From NCBI GenBank assembly GCA_039090665.1, contig JAWCSL010000002.1, positions 12,052-76,051 of the forward strand: a stretch of DNA of 64,000 nucleotides, in the 5' to 3' direction. Below the pieces are notes generated by a model, which was not told the DNA's origin, did no database searches, and saw nothing but the letters and a program-made list of their open reading frames with translations. Each line of letters starts with the position of its first letter. Within the stretch, counting starts at the first letter, position 1. Source of the DNA: Candidatus Aenigmatarchaeota archaeon. GTDB taxonomy: Archaea > Aenigmatarchaeota > Aenigmatarchaeia > CG10238-14 > SCSR01. Shown piece after piece: positions 1 through 9,916 of the stretch. The position numbers and the translations under genes are program-made.

Positions 1-879
1 TTTGACTTTTTTAGACTTGTTTATCTCTTTTTCAATTTTTTTCAAATCAATTTTTCTTTTAAGTGGTTTCACAATTTCAATCACAAAAGGCCTACCATCA
101 AGACATCTTGCATCTATATCTTCACGACCAGAAGCATGAAAAGCAGATTTTTTTGCTTTTGTAGCTTTGAGGAAAGGTTTTTCAATTATCTCTTGAATAG
201 AAGTGGGATAAAGCTTTCCGGTACCTTTACAATCCACACAGCCTTTACCTTTACACTTTGGGCAAGACCATTTCGATTGAGGTATGCCTCGAACAAGCTT
301 CTTATATTTTCCATAAACGAACAAGCTTCTTATCTCTTTTTTAATCTTACCAGTTTTTAAATTTACTATTATTGTTAGATCAGGATTCTCAGTCGAAAAA
401 ATTTTGCCAGTAAGTTTTTCAACTCTTTTACCTAATTCTCTATTTATTTCTGATTTAATTGGCTCTACGAAATCTATTCCAATCTTTTCATACAACTTTT
501 CCTCTTCATTCATCATTTCATCAGTCGGTATAGAGCCAATTAAGAATGTCTTGAACTCTATTCCTTTAATCTCTTTCACAATTCTCTTGGCAATTTCATC
601 TATTTCTTCAAGAAAAAAATTCTTGCAAATTTTACATTTTTCAGGTTCTTTTATCTCGAGTTTAACATTTCTGAATTTTATTCCATGAAAATTGCTTGTA
701 TCGACTTCAATTTTTTCTCCAGAGTCAATCAAGAAAGCAAGAAAAATCCTCAAGATTTTCCCTCTTTCTTTATTGGAGAAACCACTGAGCAATTCTGAGC
801 AAATTCTACCCAAGCAAGAATCGCAAATGTATCCTTCTTTAAGTGTTTCTGCTATCTTCTCTACAAGCTTCATGTTCAT
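1..879 (-). CDS. pus10: tRNA pseudouridine(54/55) synthase Pus10, 5' part (C-terminus runs off the window start)
   Basis: Manual reverse-complement translation from ATG at 879: MNMKLVEKIAETLKEGYICDSCLGRI..., a CxxC...CxxC zinc ribbon (CPKCKGKGCVDC) and the catalytic motif FHASGREDIDARCLDGRPFVIEI typical of Pus10. Missing from the ORF track because it is partial. Confidence 0.75.
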   Translation of the reverse strand, partial: MNMKLVEKIAETLKEGYICDSCLGRICSELLSGFSNKERGKILRIFLAFLIDSGEKIEVDTSNFHGIKFRNVKLEIKEPEKCKICKNFFLEEIDEIAKRIVKEIKGIEFKTFLIGSIPTDEMMNEEEKLYEKIGIDFVEPIKSEINRELGKRVEKLTGKIFSTENPDLTIIVNLKTGKIKKEIRSLFVYGKYKKLVRGIPQSKWSCPKCKGKGCVDCKGTGKLYPTSIQEIIEKPFLKATKAKKSAFHASGREDIDARCLDGRPFVIEIVKPLKRKIDLKKIEKEINKSKKVK

Positions 880-977
880 CCTCTTTTTCCAGAATTGAGA
901 TTTTTAATTAATAAACTTCTACTCCCAACAACACTCAGTTTTTCTCTTTAAAAAATTTTTCAATTTTTTAATCATAT

Positions 978-1496
978 TTATTCCTTACAACAATCCACGA
1001 TTTTTTGAACAATGGCACCAAGCTTGGAGAATACATTACCTTCTTTATCATGGACATTCAACTTTTTATCTTCAATTTCCTTTATTTCTCCAATCTTCAC
1101 TATATTCAAGTTAATTCCCCAGAAAAGTGAATAGAGCTGATAAGCTTTTGAAAAAAGATCTTCTGCCTCTTTTTTGTTTCCTTTGTTCAGCTCTTTTGTT
1201 CCCACTTCAATCAATCTCATGGAGGCAGCCAAAAGATGCTTTAAGATGCACCAGCTTTCACCTTCAGTTTTCTTCACTAGTCTTTTCATCAACTCTTTTC
1301 TCATCTCTCTTATTTCATTCAACAAGTCAAAATATTTTGTTTTTTTGGTTTTTGCACCAGTGAAGAAGAAATGTTCTTCCAAACTCAAAAGATTCATCAC
1401 AGCTACACTCAAATCTTCATCTGAAGATAAGTCAATCTTTCCTTCTTGAGTTACTTTTTTAACTTTTTCCAGCAATTTTTTTATTTTCTCTTCCAT
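978..1496 (-). CDS. hypothetical protein (172 aa)
   Basis: Intact ORF, Lys/Glu-rich, no motif recognised; abuts next gene. Confidence 0.5.
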   Translation of the reverse strand: MEEKIKKLLEKVKKVTQEGKIDLSSDEDLSVAVMNLLSLEEHFFFTGAKTKKTKYFDLLNEIREMRKELMKRLVKKTEGESWCILKHLLAASMRLIEVGTKELNKGNKKEAEDLFSKAYQLYSLFWGINLNIVKIGEIKEIEDKKLNVHDKEGNVFSKLGAIVQKIVDCCKE

Positions 1497-1497
1497 A

Positions 1498-2022
1498 TCA
1501 ACACCTTGTTATCAAATAAAAAATTAAGCTTGCTACCAACAAAAAAACCAAAGGTATTATAACTTTTTGGAATGGGAATAAAACTTTGCCTTTATTCATT
1601 TTCTTTATTTTTTCATTTACGATCAGGCTAAACTGGAATGCAATAGTACCTGCAATAATTCCGATCAAAAGCTTGTCTATTCCAAAGAGCTTGCTGCAAG
1701 AAGGATGGCCTATTGCTTTCATCCAATAAAGAGATAGAAATGAAGTAGAATAAACAATCAAGGTTATCAAAAGTTTTGTAAATTTGAGCTTGAAGTTCTT
1801 TTCTAGCCAATTTGCGAGCCAAAGAGAAGTTGAAAGCAATAAACCACCTATCCAGATTCCTGTTATAGTGTCATCTATACCTAGCAATCTTGAAAACTCA
1901 AGACCTCCAGCAACAGCTATAACACAAACGGGGCAAGTTGCCGTTGCTTCAGAAAAAACTATTGATAAAAAAATAATTGTGAAGAAGAGTAGTTTGAATT
2001 TCATACTTTCACCCCAGTACAA
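1498..2022 (-). CDS. polytopic membrane protein (174 aa); possibly an A24-type prepilin-peptidase-like protein (weak)
   Basis: About 5 hydrophobic segments; two Asp-containing motifs (GIDDT, FGIDKLLIG) loosely resemble FlaK/PibD catalytic Asp positions; short for that family. Confidence 0.4.
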   Translation of the reverse strand: MYWGESMKFKLLFFTIIFLSIVFSEATATCPVCVIAVAGGLEFSRLLGIDDTITGIWIGGLLLSTSLWLANWLEKNFKLKFTKLLITLIVYSTSFLSLYWMKAIGHPSCSKLFGIDKLLIGIIAGTIAFQFSLIVNEKIKKMNKGKVLFPFQKVIIPLVFLLVASLIFYLITRC

Positions 2023-2435
2023 TTCTCATAAAATTCTTTCAGCTCTTCTTCATTCATTTCACCTATATAAGTCTTGTTGTCTCTTAAACAAAGCTTCGCC
2101 GGCACAAGAAGGCCTGGTTTATTTCGAATATTAGAGTCTTTATGGTAAATGAGATAGTCAGAATATTGGTTTATGATGTCGCTACAAGCAACACTGCTAC
2201 CATCAACCATATAAAATTCTCCAGTAAGATTTAGGGCTTTGATTTTTGAAAGTTCCGACTTGCAATGCGGGCATGTAGGAGAATAAACAAAAAGCATACT
2301 GTATCCTTCCAAGCTTTTACCACAATCATTCCTATAAGCATCCCTTGGAATAAAAAATACATAACTAATAACAGCAATCACCACGATTAAGGCAGTTGGA
2401 ACTAAAATCCAAGGTTTAGTCTTCATTTTTATCAC
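2001..2435 (-). CDS. membrane-anchored thioredoxin-fold protein (CPHC active site)
   Basis: N-terminal TM (WILVPTALIVVIAVISYVFFI) then a thioredoxin-like CxxC motif SPTCPHCK. Confidence 0.6.
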   Translation of the reverse strand: MIKMKTKPWILVPTALIVVIAVISYVFFIPRDAYRNDCGKSLEGYSMLFVYSPTCPHCKSELSKIKALNLTGEFYMVDGSSVACSDIINQYSDYLIYHKDSNIRNKPGLLVPAKLCLRDNKTYIGEMNEEELKEFYENCTGVKV

Positions 2436-2466
2436 TAACTATTATTGATTTTTTTAAGAATTAAGA

Positions 2467-3060
2467 TTATAAACATTTTCTATCTAGCTCATTGTGGCAA
2501 ATTACTATAACATGAGATGCAAGGTAAGTTAGTTTTCCAACAGAAATCCTTTTAGCACCAATCCTATCCAGAAGCCTTTCTGTATTTTTTGGCAAGCCTT
2601 TGTGATCCCCTAACACAAAACAAACATTTTTTTCAAATTCAAATTCTCTTATGTCTATTCCTTTTGGATTAAGATAAATGAGCTGAGTTTCTTTAGCTTT
2701 TTCTTTTACCAATTCTTCAAAACTTTTTTTACTCACTTTTATCCCATCACCAACTATTCTTTCTTCATTTTTTTCTAAATCTAACCCCAAATTTACGGCT
2801 TTGTTTATCCATGCTCCTATATTTCTTTCATCCGGAGTAATGCGTTTAAGATTTTCTCCAAAAAAGCTTATGAGTTTTGGAGGTTTTGGAGGACCTTCCA
2901 AGACAGCATGAAAACGAACATCTTTTCTTATGGCTTCAGAAATGAAAAAAGCGTTGGATATACAGCGACAAACTAAATCAATTCTTCCAGAACCTGCTAA
3001 ATCGTTAAGGTTAAATGGTCTTGTAAATGCTTTAGAGGCCTTGAGAATGAACTCTCTCAT
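2467..3060 (-). CDS. trmY: SPOUT-family tRNA (pseudouridine54-N1)-methyltransferase TrmY-like (DUF358)
   Basis: MREFILKA...GSGRIDLVCRCISNAFFIS resembles the TrmY N-terminal signature as I recall it; 197 aa; overlaps srp54 by 4 nt. Confidence 0.55.
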   Translation of the reverse strand: MREFILKASKAFTRPFNLNDLAGSGRIDLVCRCISNAFFISEAIRKDVRFHAVLEGPPKPPKLISFFGENLKRITPDERNIGAWINKAVNLGLDLEKNEERIVGDGIKVSKKSFEELVKEKAKETQLIYLNPKGIDIREFEFEKNVCFVLGDHKGLPKNTERLLDRIGAKRISVGKLTYLASHVIVICHNELDRKCL

Positions 3061-4379
3061 ACCTTGAACCCAAATTGTTTCATGAGCTTGCTCAAAGCTC
3101 CTCTTTCAAGACCAGCCTTACCACCAAGCATTTTCATGAGTTTTTTCATTTGTTCATATTGTTGCAAAAGCTCTCTAACTTCACTTTCAGGTCTTCCGCT
3201 TCCTCTTGCAATTCTCCTTATCCTTGAGGCATTTATTATTTCAGGATTTTCCCTTTCCTCTTTTGTCATTGACTGAATTATATACTTGTAGTGCTTCATC
3301 TTTTCTTCTTGTTTTTCCAACACATCTTCAGGGATTTTCATTCCCAAACCAGGTATCATTCCAACAATTTTACCAAAGGGCCCCATTTTACTCATAGCTT
3401 CTATTTGTTCCATAAAATCTTGTAAAGTAAATTTACCTTCAATAATTTTTTCTACTTTTTCAGGTTTTATTTCAACTTCTTTGGCCTTTTCAATTAAAGT
3501 CTGTAAATCACCTAAACCAAGTAGTCTTGAAACAAATCTCTGAGGATCGTAAACTTCAAAATCTTCTATATGTTCACCTGTACCTAGAAACTTAACTTTT
3601 GCTTTTGTTGCCGAGCAAGCTGCTAGAGCACCACCTGCTTTTGCTGTTCCATCCATCTTGGTTATGAAAATTCCTGTTATCCCAATAAGCTTGTGAAATT
3701 CTTCTGATTGTTTTTTTGCAACTTTGCCCAAGTCAGCTGGTATTGTTAACAAAACTTCATCTGGTTTTATAATTTCTCCTAACCTCTTAAGCTCATCAGC
3801 AAGCTCTTTATCCAAAGCATTTCTTCCAGCAGTGTCGAAAATTATAACATCATATTTTTCAAATTTCTTCATCCCTTCTAAAGCAGCTTCATAAGGATTT
3901 TTATTAGGATGAATATAAACAGGAACTTTTATTTGATCACCAAGCTGTTTCAATTGCTCAGGTGCTGCTGGCCTATGATAATCTAGAGCAACTAAAGCTA
4001 CTCTTAAACCTTGTTTCTGGAAGTAGCGTGCAAGCTTAGCAACACTTGTAGTTTTACCTGAACCGAAGAGCCCCACAAACATTATTTTCTTCTTACCAAT
4101 CAAGCTAGCAGGTTTTTCACCAAGCAGCTTAACAAGCTCATCGTAAATTGTTTTCAAAACATGCTCACGCAAAGTCAAGCCAGCAGGAATTTTTTCTTCC
4201 AAGCATTTTTTCCTTATGTTTTTAACAAGCTCTTCAGTGAGCTCAATGCTAACATCGGCTTGCAATAAAGTTATTTTCATGTCTTTTAGAATTTCCTCTA
4301 CAACATTCTTATCAATTGTAGTTCCACTCACAAGCTTGTTTATAAGCTTAGACAATTTTTTTCCAAGTTCATCAAACAT
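3057..4379 (-). CDS. srp54: signal recognition particle protein SRP54
   Basis: P-loop GLFGSGKTT, DTAGR motif, and a Met-rich M-domain at the C-terminus (MKKLMKMLGG); 440 aa. Confidence 0.9.
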   Translation of the reverse strand: MFDELGKKLSKLINKLVSGTTIDKNVVEEILKDMKITLLQADVSIELTEELVKNIRKKCLEEKIPAGLTLREHVLKTIYDELVKLLGEKPASLIGKKKIMFVGLFGSGKTTSVAKLARYFQKQGLRVALVALDYHRPAAPEQLKQLGDQIKVPVYIHPNKNPYEAALEGMKKFEKYDVIIFDTAGRNALDKELADELKRLGEIIKPDEVLLTIPADLGKVAKKQSEEFHKLIGITGIFITKMDGTAKAGGALAACSATKAKVKFLGTGEHIEDFEVYDPQRFVSRLLGLGDLQTLIEKAKEVEIKPEKVEKIIEGKFTLQDFMEQIEAMSKMGPFGKIVGMIPGLGMKIPEDVLEKQEEKMKHYKYIIQSMTKEERENPEIINASRIRRIARGSGRPESEVRELLQQYEQMKKLMKMLGGKAGLERGALSKLMKQFGFKV

Positions 4380-4402
4380 AACTTAAAATAGGTTTATATA
4401 AT

Positions 4403-4879
4403 TTAAATCCTATATCTTACAGAAACATTTTTTGTTTCTTCTTCAAGTTTTTTCTCTTCCCAAGAATTAATAAGGCCTCTCTTAACAAGTTCAAAATTTA
4501 TAATCGGATTTTTCGCCAGAATTTCTTTTAAATCAATATTTTCTACTTCTCCAGAGTGTTCATAATAAACTTCTATTGTCTCAATTTGGTAAACGGTAAA
4601 TAAGTAACTTTTTTCACTATCAAAAACCATTTGTACAGGTTTATATTTTACAAGTAGGCCATGATTTTCATCATCTTTAAAAACATCAATTTGAAAATCA
4701 CCAATATTTAAAGTTGAAATATGATAAAATTTAAGCGCTTCAAATTCTTTATCGAGCTTATTAATGCAAATTAGTTTTCCTTCATTTACGGTAAAGAGTA
4801 ACCTTGAATATACTGAAATTAAGAATTCTAGTTCATCGGGATTTATTCCCAGATCTTCGACATCTATTTCTATATTCAT
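4403..4879 (-). CDS. hypothetical acidic protein (158 aa)
   Basis: Intact ORF between srp54 and ftsY on the same strand. Confidence 0.45.
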   Translation of the reverse strand: MNIEIDVEDLGINPDELEFLISVYSRLLFTVNEGKLICINKLDKEFEALKFYHISTLNIGDFQIDVFKDDENHGLLVKYKPVQMVFDSEKSYLFTVYQIETIEVYYEHSGEVENIDLKEILAKNPIINFELVKRGLINSWEEKKLEEETKNVSVRYRI

Positions 4880-4913
4880 TCATTTTTAAAAAGAGAATTA
4901 AACTATTTATTCT

Positions 4914-5900
4914 TTACGAAAAAAGAACATTCACAAATTTGTTAGCATCATATTTTTCAATTTCTTGATATTCTTGTCCGTGGCTCAAGAACAATATCGG
5001 TTTTTTAAGTTCATGAGTAACAGATAAAATTGCTCCTCCCTTTTCATTCACATCAACTTTTGTGAAAATCACAGCATCAATTCCAACTTCATTGAAAAGT
5101 CTTGCTTGAATAACAGCATCATTTCCTGTCAAAGAATCCACAACCAAAACTTTCAAATCAGGCTTTGCAACTTTTACAATTTTGTTCATCTGCTCCATTA
5201 AATTTTTGTTTGTGTGAGCTCTTCCTGCTGTATCAATCAAAACAAAATCTATACCATTGGCTTTAGCATGAGCAATTGCATCAAATGCAACAGCAGCAGG
5301 ATCTGCCCCATACTTATGCTTAATTACCCTTATTCCAAGCTTCTTAGCATGTTCTTCAAGTTGCTCAATAGAAGCAGCTCTGAAAGTGTCAGAAGCTGCG
5401 AACACACAAGTATAGCCACCATCAACAAGCCATTTACCAAGCTTTGCTAGTGAGCTTGTTTTTCCACTGCCATTAAAACCCAAAAATAAAATCACAAAAG
5501 GCTTTTTGTTTTCAACCATTTTCTTTAGGTCAATTTCTGGTACAGAGAGAATTTCAAGCAAGCTTTGCTTCAAAGCTTCAACAACAACTTCTTTTTCTTT
5601 TCCTCTTTTTATAGGCTTTCCGACAAGACTTTTCTTCAAATCTTCTTTTATTTTCTCAGCAACTTCATAAGCAACATCAGCTTCTATCAAATCTGTTGCA
5701 AGTTCATTCAAAATAGGCTCAACATCCTCTTCACTCAACTGTTTTTCTGCAATGGCTTTAACAACTTTTTCTTTAATCTTTTTGAAAATTTTTTCAGGCT
5801 TTTTTTCTTCAACTTCTTTCGGTTTTTCTTCCTTTTTTTCAATTTTTTCAGAAATAGACTTTATGGCTTTTTTCAGTTTATTCTTCAAAATTTCAAACAT
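4914..5900 (-). CDS. ftsY: SRP receptor FtsY
   Basis: Lys/Glu-rich N-terminus, NG domain with GFNGSGKTS, DTAGR, TKVD. Confidence 0.9.
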   Translation of the reverse strand: MFEILKNKLKKAIKSISEKIEKKEEKPKEVEEKKPEKIFKKIKEKVVKAIAEKQLSEEDVEPILNELATDLIEADVAYEVAEKIKEDLKKSLVGKPIKRGKEKEVVVEALKQSLLEILSVPEIDLKKMVENKKPFVILFLGFNGSGKTSSLAKLGKWLVDGGYTCVFAASDTFRAASIEQLEEHAKKLGIRVIKHKYGADPAAVAFDAIAHAKANGIDFVLIDTAGRAHTNKNLMEQMNKIVKVAKPDLKVLVVDSLTGNDAVIQARLFNEVGIDAVIFTKVDVNEKGGAILSVTHELKKPILFLSHGQEYQEIEKYDANKFVNVLFS

Positions 5901-6317
5901 TCAACCAGCCTTTCTTTCTTCCATCATTTTCCTTATTTCTTCTCTCAATTCTTTCAGTCCAGAAGAAAACTGGTTTATAACAGCTTCTATGTTTGCTATA
6001 GATTTCTCAACTTCCTCTTTCCTTTTTTGCAAAATTTGTTTTCCCTCTTCTAAACTTTTTTCAATTGCAACATCTGCCCCAACTTCAACTATAATCCTAT
6101 CCTTTTCAACTATTTTACATGGAATGTAAGTTTGTGAACCAAGCGAGAAAAGAACTTCATCATCTTTATCTTTCAATTCTTCTATCCCTTTTATGCTTCC
6201 TTCAATTTCCATTAAACTCTTGATTAAAACTTCTCTTTGCTTTAGTAAGCTTTCTATTCTAGCTTCTATTAGTCTATGAATTATTATCTTCTCTTGCAAT
6301 TCTTTTTCTTCATTCAT
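5901..6317 (-). CDS. pfdA: prefoldin alpha subunit
   Basis: Coiled-coil/beta-hairpin/coiled-coil architecture from MNEEKELQEKII...; the tracked ORF extends to 6437 but the upstream 40 codons are hydrophobic junk, so the start is probably the ATG at 6317. The ftsY-pfdA adjacency is common in archaea. Confidence 0.7.
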   Translation of the reverse strand: MNEEKELQEKIIIHRLIEARIESLLKQREVLIKSLMEIEGSIKGIEELKDKDDEVLFSLGSQTYIPCKIVEKDRIIVEVGADVAIEKSLEEGKQILQKRKEEVEKSIANIEAVINQFSSGLKELREEIRKMMEERKAG

Positions 6318-6357
6318 ACCATCACAATTAATTTGAAACATTAACTTAATAAATAAT

Positions 6358-6834
6358 ATGAAGGTAAAATTGCTAATCCTTTCATTGCTTTTCATTTTTT
6401 TATTGTTTGCCCTTTCAATAGCTTCAAATTCAGACACTGTAACGATTACACTAAATGCAACAAAAGTTTGGTGGAATGATAGTGTGAAAGCAAGTGGAAT
6501 TGCTAAATATTCGAACGGAACGGGAATAAGCGGTACTGTTAATTTAGTTGTTGATGGTGCTAACTATTCTTGCCCACCTACAGATGCTGATGGCAGTTGG
6601 AACTGTACATTCAATGCTCCTATGAAAATCGGCTCTTTTTTTGTTACGGTTATTATTACCAATGCCACAAACCATCAATTCCAGAATTCCACCTCTTTGG
6701 TAGTCTCTCCTCATTATGGTAAAACACCAATAGGCTCAATGACAAGAGTTGTTTACGAGTTACCTATGCTGATTCAAGACTTGAATGGTGAAATAAAAAC
6801 GGTTTTGGCAAGAATAATCGTTTGGAAAGGCTAA
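6358..6834 (+). CDS. secreted protein with signal peptide and several N-x-S/T sequons (158 aa)
   Basis: N-terminal MKVKLLILSLLFIFLLFALSIASN, then a beta-rich region. Confidence 0.5.
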   Translation: MKVKLLILSLLFIFLLFALSIASNSDTVTITLNATKVWWNDSVKASGIAKYSNGTGISGTVNLVVDGANYSCPPTDADGSWNCTFNAPMKIGSFFVTVIITNATNHQFQNSTSLVVSPHYGKTPIGSMTRVVYELPMLIQDLNGEIKTVLARIIVWKG

Positions 6835-6894
6835 TTTTTACTTGCTTAGTAAGTTCAAAATCTACATTAAAGCTCTTCTTTTAACTTCTAAAAG

Positions 6895-7629
6895 ATGCCA
6901 ATAATAACAGTTTTCACTTTTGAAAAATTACCAAGCATTAGGAAAATAGTTAAAATTCTAGACAAAAAGAAGAAGGGAAGTAGCTGGCTCACAGCAAAAG
7001 AAAGCAAATACAATAAGGGAGAAGTTTTCTTGCAGTATTGGTACTATGAAGATGTGGAAACAGCTTTAAAGCAAGCAATGGGAGAAGAAGATGTTTATGA
7101 AATAGTTTCTTTTTTAAAAAATAATGGGAAGCAAAAAGTTTTAAAAAGGACATACTGCTTCATAAACCTTTTGTTCAAAACTTTAGAAGTTTACAGAGGT
7201 CCTGATCAAAAAACTCAAGAAATAGTTTCTTTTCTTGAAAGCTTATTAAATGTTAAATTCAAACCAATAACTCTTAGTTCAAAGCAACTTCAAGAAATTT
7301 ATTTAAATCACGCAACGGAGCTTAAACAAGCTATGTTCAAGCATGTTGATGGCTTAGTTTATGAAATTCTTAAGGCAGAACGCTTGGAGAAGAATGAAAA
7401 ATATCTGGAATATTTAAAGAAACATCCGGAAAATTTGAGAGTTATATCTTTCAGGCCAAGAATAAAGTTCTTAAATGAGAACAATCGATACCAAGTTACG
7501 ATAAACGGAGATAAAGGAACTATAAAGCTTTCGAGTAATGAAGTTTTCAAGTGGAGACCAAGGTTTGAGATAAGACAATTAGTTCAGATCTTGGCAAACA
7601 ATAGAGGATTTAATAAGTTCTTAAGCTAA
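6895..7629 (+). CDS. hypothetical protein (244 aa)
   Basis: Intact ORF, no motif recognised. Confidence 0.45.
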   Translation: MPIITVFTFEKLPSIRKIVKILDKKKKGSSWLTAKESKYNKGEVFLQYWYYEDVETALKQAMGEEDVYEIVSFLKNNGKQKVLKRTYCFINLLFKTLEVYRGPDQKTQEIVSFLESLLNVKFKPITLSSKQLQEIYLNHATELKQAMFKHVDGLVYEILKAERLEKNEKYLEYLKKHPENLRVISFRPRIKFLNENNRYQVTINGDKGTIKLSSNEVFKWRPRFEIRQLVQILANNRGFNKFLS

Positions 7630-7647
7630 AACAATTTAATAGAGATT

Positions 7648-8442
7648 ATGAAAATTCTAGTCACTGGTGGGAAAGGATTTATAGGTAGCCATTTAGTAAA
7701 GGAATTAAGAAAAAGGCATAATGTTTTAATTTTCGATGTAAAGAACAAAAGAAATGAAGATGTGAGAAATTTGGAATATTTGTTAAAAGTTTCAAAAAAT
7801 GTTGATGTAATAGTTCATTTGGCAGCTCTTTCTGTTGATCCAGACTCTATAAAAAAACCATGGGAATATTTGACGACAAATATTTTGAGCACAATTAATG
7901 TTTTGGAGACAGGAAGAAGATTAGGAATAAAAAAAATAATTTTTACTTCTTCTGCTGCAACATCTTCAACAACGCCATATGGTATATCTAAGCTTCATGG
8001 TGAACAATTATGTGAAATTTATAGCAAGTTATATAAGATGAATGTGATAATTGTAAAAATTTACAATGTTTATGGTGAAGGTAATACCAAAGGTGTAATA
8101 AAGGAATTTTTAGAGAGAATAATTAAAAACAAACCGTTGATAGTTCATGGCAAAGGTGAATATGTCAGAGATTATATACATGTAAGAGATGTGGTAAAAA
8201 CTATAATAAAATTTATTGAGAAAAATTGCAAGTCTGGTGTTTATGAAGTTGGCACTGGCATAGGTACAAGTCTAAACGAGTTGATTGAAATTCTAAAAGA
8301 GGTTACAGATAAAAAAATAAAAGTGAAATATGAGAAGTGTTATTATGATAGAATAAAATACTCTGTTGCAACTAATACTTGTGTTAAAAATCCAACAAAA
8401 TTGATAGAAGGGTTAAGGGAATTATGGAGAAAAAGTTTATAA
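7648..8442 (+). CDS. NAD-dependent sugar epimerase/dehydratase (short-chain, 264 aa)
   Basis: Rossmann motif VTGGKGFIGSHL and the YxxxK region; first gene of a glycosylation cluster. Confidence 0.7.
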   Translation: MKILVTGGKGFIGSHLVKELRKRHNVLIFDVKNKRNEDVRNLEYLLKVSKNVDVIVHLAALSVDPDSIKKPWEYLTTNILSTINVLETGRRLGIKKIIFTSSAATSSTTPYGISKLHGEQLCEIYSKLYKMNVIIVKIYNVYGEGNTKGVIKEFLERIIKNKPLIVHGKGEYVRDYIHVRDVVKTIIKFIEKNCKSGVYEVGTGIGTSLNELIEILKEVTDKKIKVKYEKCYYDRIKYSVATNTCVKNPTKLIEGLRELWRKSL

Positions 8443-9890
8443 AGAAAAAAGTTCACTTCTTGCCTTATTTCATTCTTTTTTCTATGATGGTTTTTTACAC
8501 AACAGTTTTAAGCATAATATCAATAAACTATTACAACAGATTCTATTTTTCCGCATTTGATTTAGGAATATTTGATCAAGGCATATGGCTCTTGAGCAGA
8601 GGTGAAGATCCTTTTGTAACAGTCAGAGGTCTTCACTTGTTTGTAGATCATATTCAATTCACAACAATATTTTTTGCACCACTTTATTGGTTGTGGGATG
8701 ATGCTAGAGTGCTATTAATTGCTCAAAGTTTTGTTCTTTCTTTAGGTGCCATACCATTGTTTTTAATTGGTAAAGAAAAATTAAAAAACCAATTTTTACC
8801 CTTATTCTTTGTTCTCATTTATTTTTTGTATCCCGCTCTACATTATCTTAACTTAGAGAATTTTCATCCAGTTGTTTTAGCCGTGCCTTTTTTGTTTTTT
8901 GCTTTCTATTTTCTCACAAAAAGAAAGTTTCTATATTATTTTGCTTTTGTTTTTCTTCTTTTATTGACAAGAGAAGAGCTAGTATTATCCATACTTGCAC
9001 TCGGCTTATATGCTTTCTTTTTTTGTGATAAAAAAGTAGGTATTGTAACAATTGTCTTGGGTTTTGTTTGGTTGTTCATTATTTTTAATGTTATTTTTCC
9101 ATATTACTTGGGAAATTATCCACATCCGAATATTAAAAGAGGTGGAGATGTTTTAGAAAGAACTAAAAATTTTTTGTTAAACCCTATTGAAATTTTGACT
9201 CTTAACACAGAAGAAAATCGTCAATATATTTTTGAGCTACTTTTTCCTATCGGTTTTTTCCCAATTTTACATCCACAAACATCATTTCTTGCATTACCTG
9301 CAATTATGTTGAATCTGATAACCACTTGGCCTTATGCTCATTCAATTCGATATCATTACACTTATGCTATAATACCATTTATGTTCATCTCACTTGTTTA
9401 TTCTTTTTCTTTTCTCAAATATTTTTTGAAAAAGAAAAAGTTTTTATTTAATACTTTTCTCACAACTTTATTAATTTTTTCATTAATTGGAAACATTTGG
9501 ATTGGACCAGAAGTTACTTCAATAAAAAGCGGTGCAATAATTGAAATTATAAAGAGGTTTGGTGAGTTTAATGAACAGGAAAAAGCGAGATATATGGCAA
9601 TTTCAATTATACCAAAAAATGCGACCGTTTCAGCAACTTATTTATTTGTTCCTCACCTTTCTCATAGAAAAATCATTTATATGTTCCCAAATCCATTCAA
9701 GGAAGCTTATTGGGGTCTAGAATTTGGAAATTTCACGCCACCACCACTCAAAGATGTCGACTACATTTTACTCGACGATACACCAAATGAATTTGAGAAA
9801 AAAGAAATTATTAATAAGTTATTAGAAAATGGTACCTATTCTAAAATTTTCGAGAAAGAAAACATTTACATTTTAAAGAGAATGCAATAA
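8424..9890 (+). CDS. polytopic membrane protein, putative GT-C-type glycosyltransferase (DUF2079-like)
   Basis: About 12 TM segments over 488 aa; no soluble domain; lies in a glycosylation neighbourhood. Confidence 0.4.
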   Translation: MEKKFIKKKVHFLPYFILFSMMVFYTTVLSIISINYYNRFYFSAFDLGIFDQGIWLLSRGEDPFVTVRGLHLFVDHIQFTTIFFAPLYWLWDDARVLLIAQSFVLSLGAIPLFLIGKEKLKNQFLPLFFVLIYFLYPALHYLNLENFHPVVLAVPFLFFAFYFLTKRKFLYYFAFVFLLLLTREELVLSILALGLYAFFFCDKKVGIVTIVLGFVWLFIIFNVIFPYYLGNYPHPNIKRGGDVLERTKNFLLNPIEILTLNTEENRQYIFELLFPIGFFPILHPQTSFLALPAIMLNLITTWPYAHSIRYHYTYAIIPFMFISLVYSFSFLKYFLKKKKFLFNTFLTTLLIFSLIGNIWIGPEVTSIKSGAIIEIIKRFGEFNEQEKARYMAISIIPKNATVSATYLFVPHLSHRKIIYMFPNPFKEAYWGLEFGNFTPPPLKDVDYILLDDTPNEFEKKEIINKLLENGTYSKIFEKENIYILKRMQ

Positions 9891-9916
9891 AGTAAGCTTA
9901 GTTTGTTTACACCAAA

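Noticed and set aside
136-898. Three plus-strand ORFs (74, 94 and 68 aa) of low-complexity Phe/Ser/Ile-rich sequence.
   Set aside because: Antisense shadow of the clearly recognisable Pus10 gene on the minus strand.
5565-6129. Plus-strand 162-aa and 125-aa Phe/Asn-rich ORFs.
   Set aside because: Antisense to the Lys/Glu-rich 5' region of ftsY and to pfdA; a typical mirror ORF of AAG/GAA-rich coding sequence.
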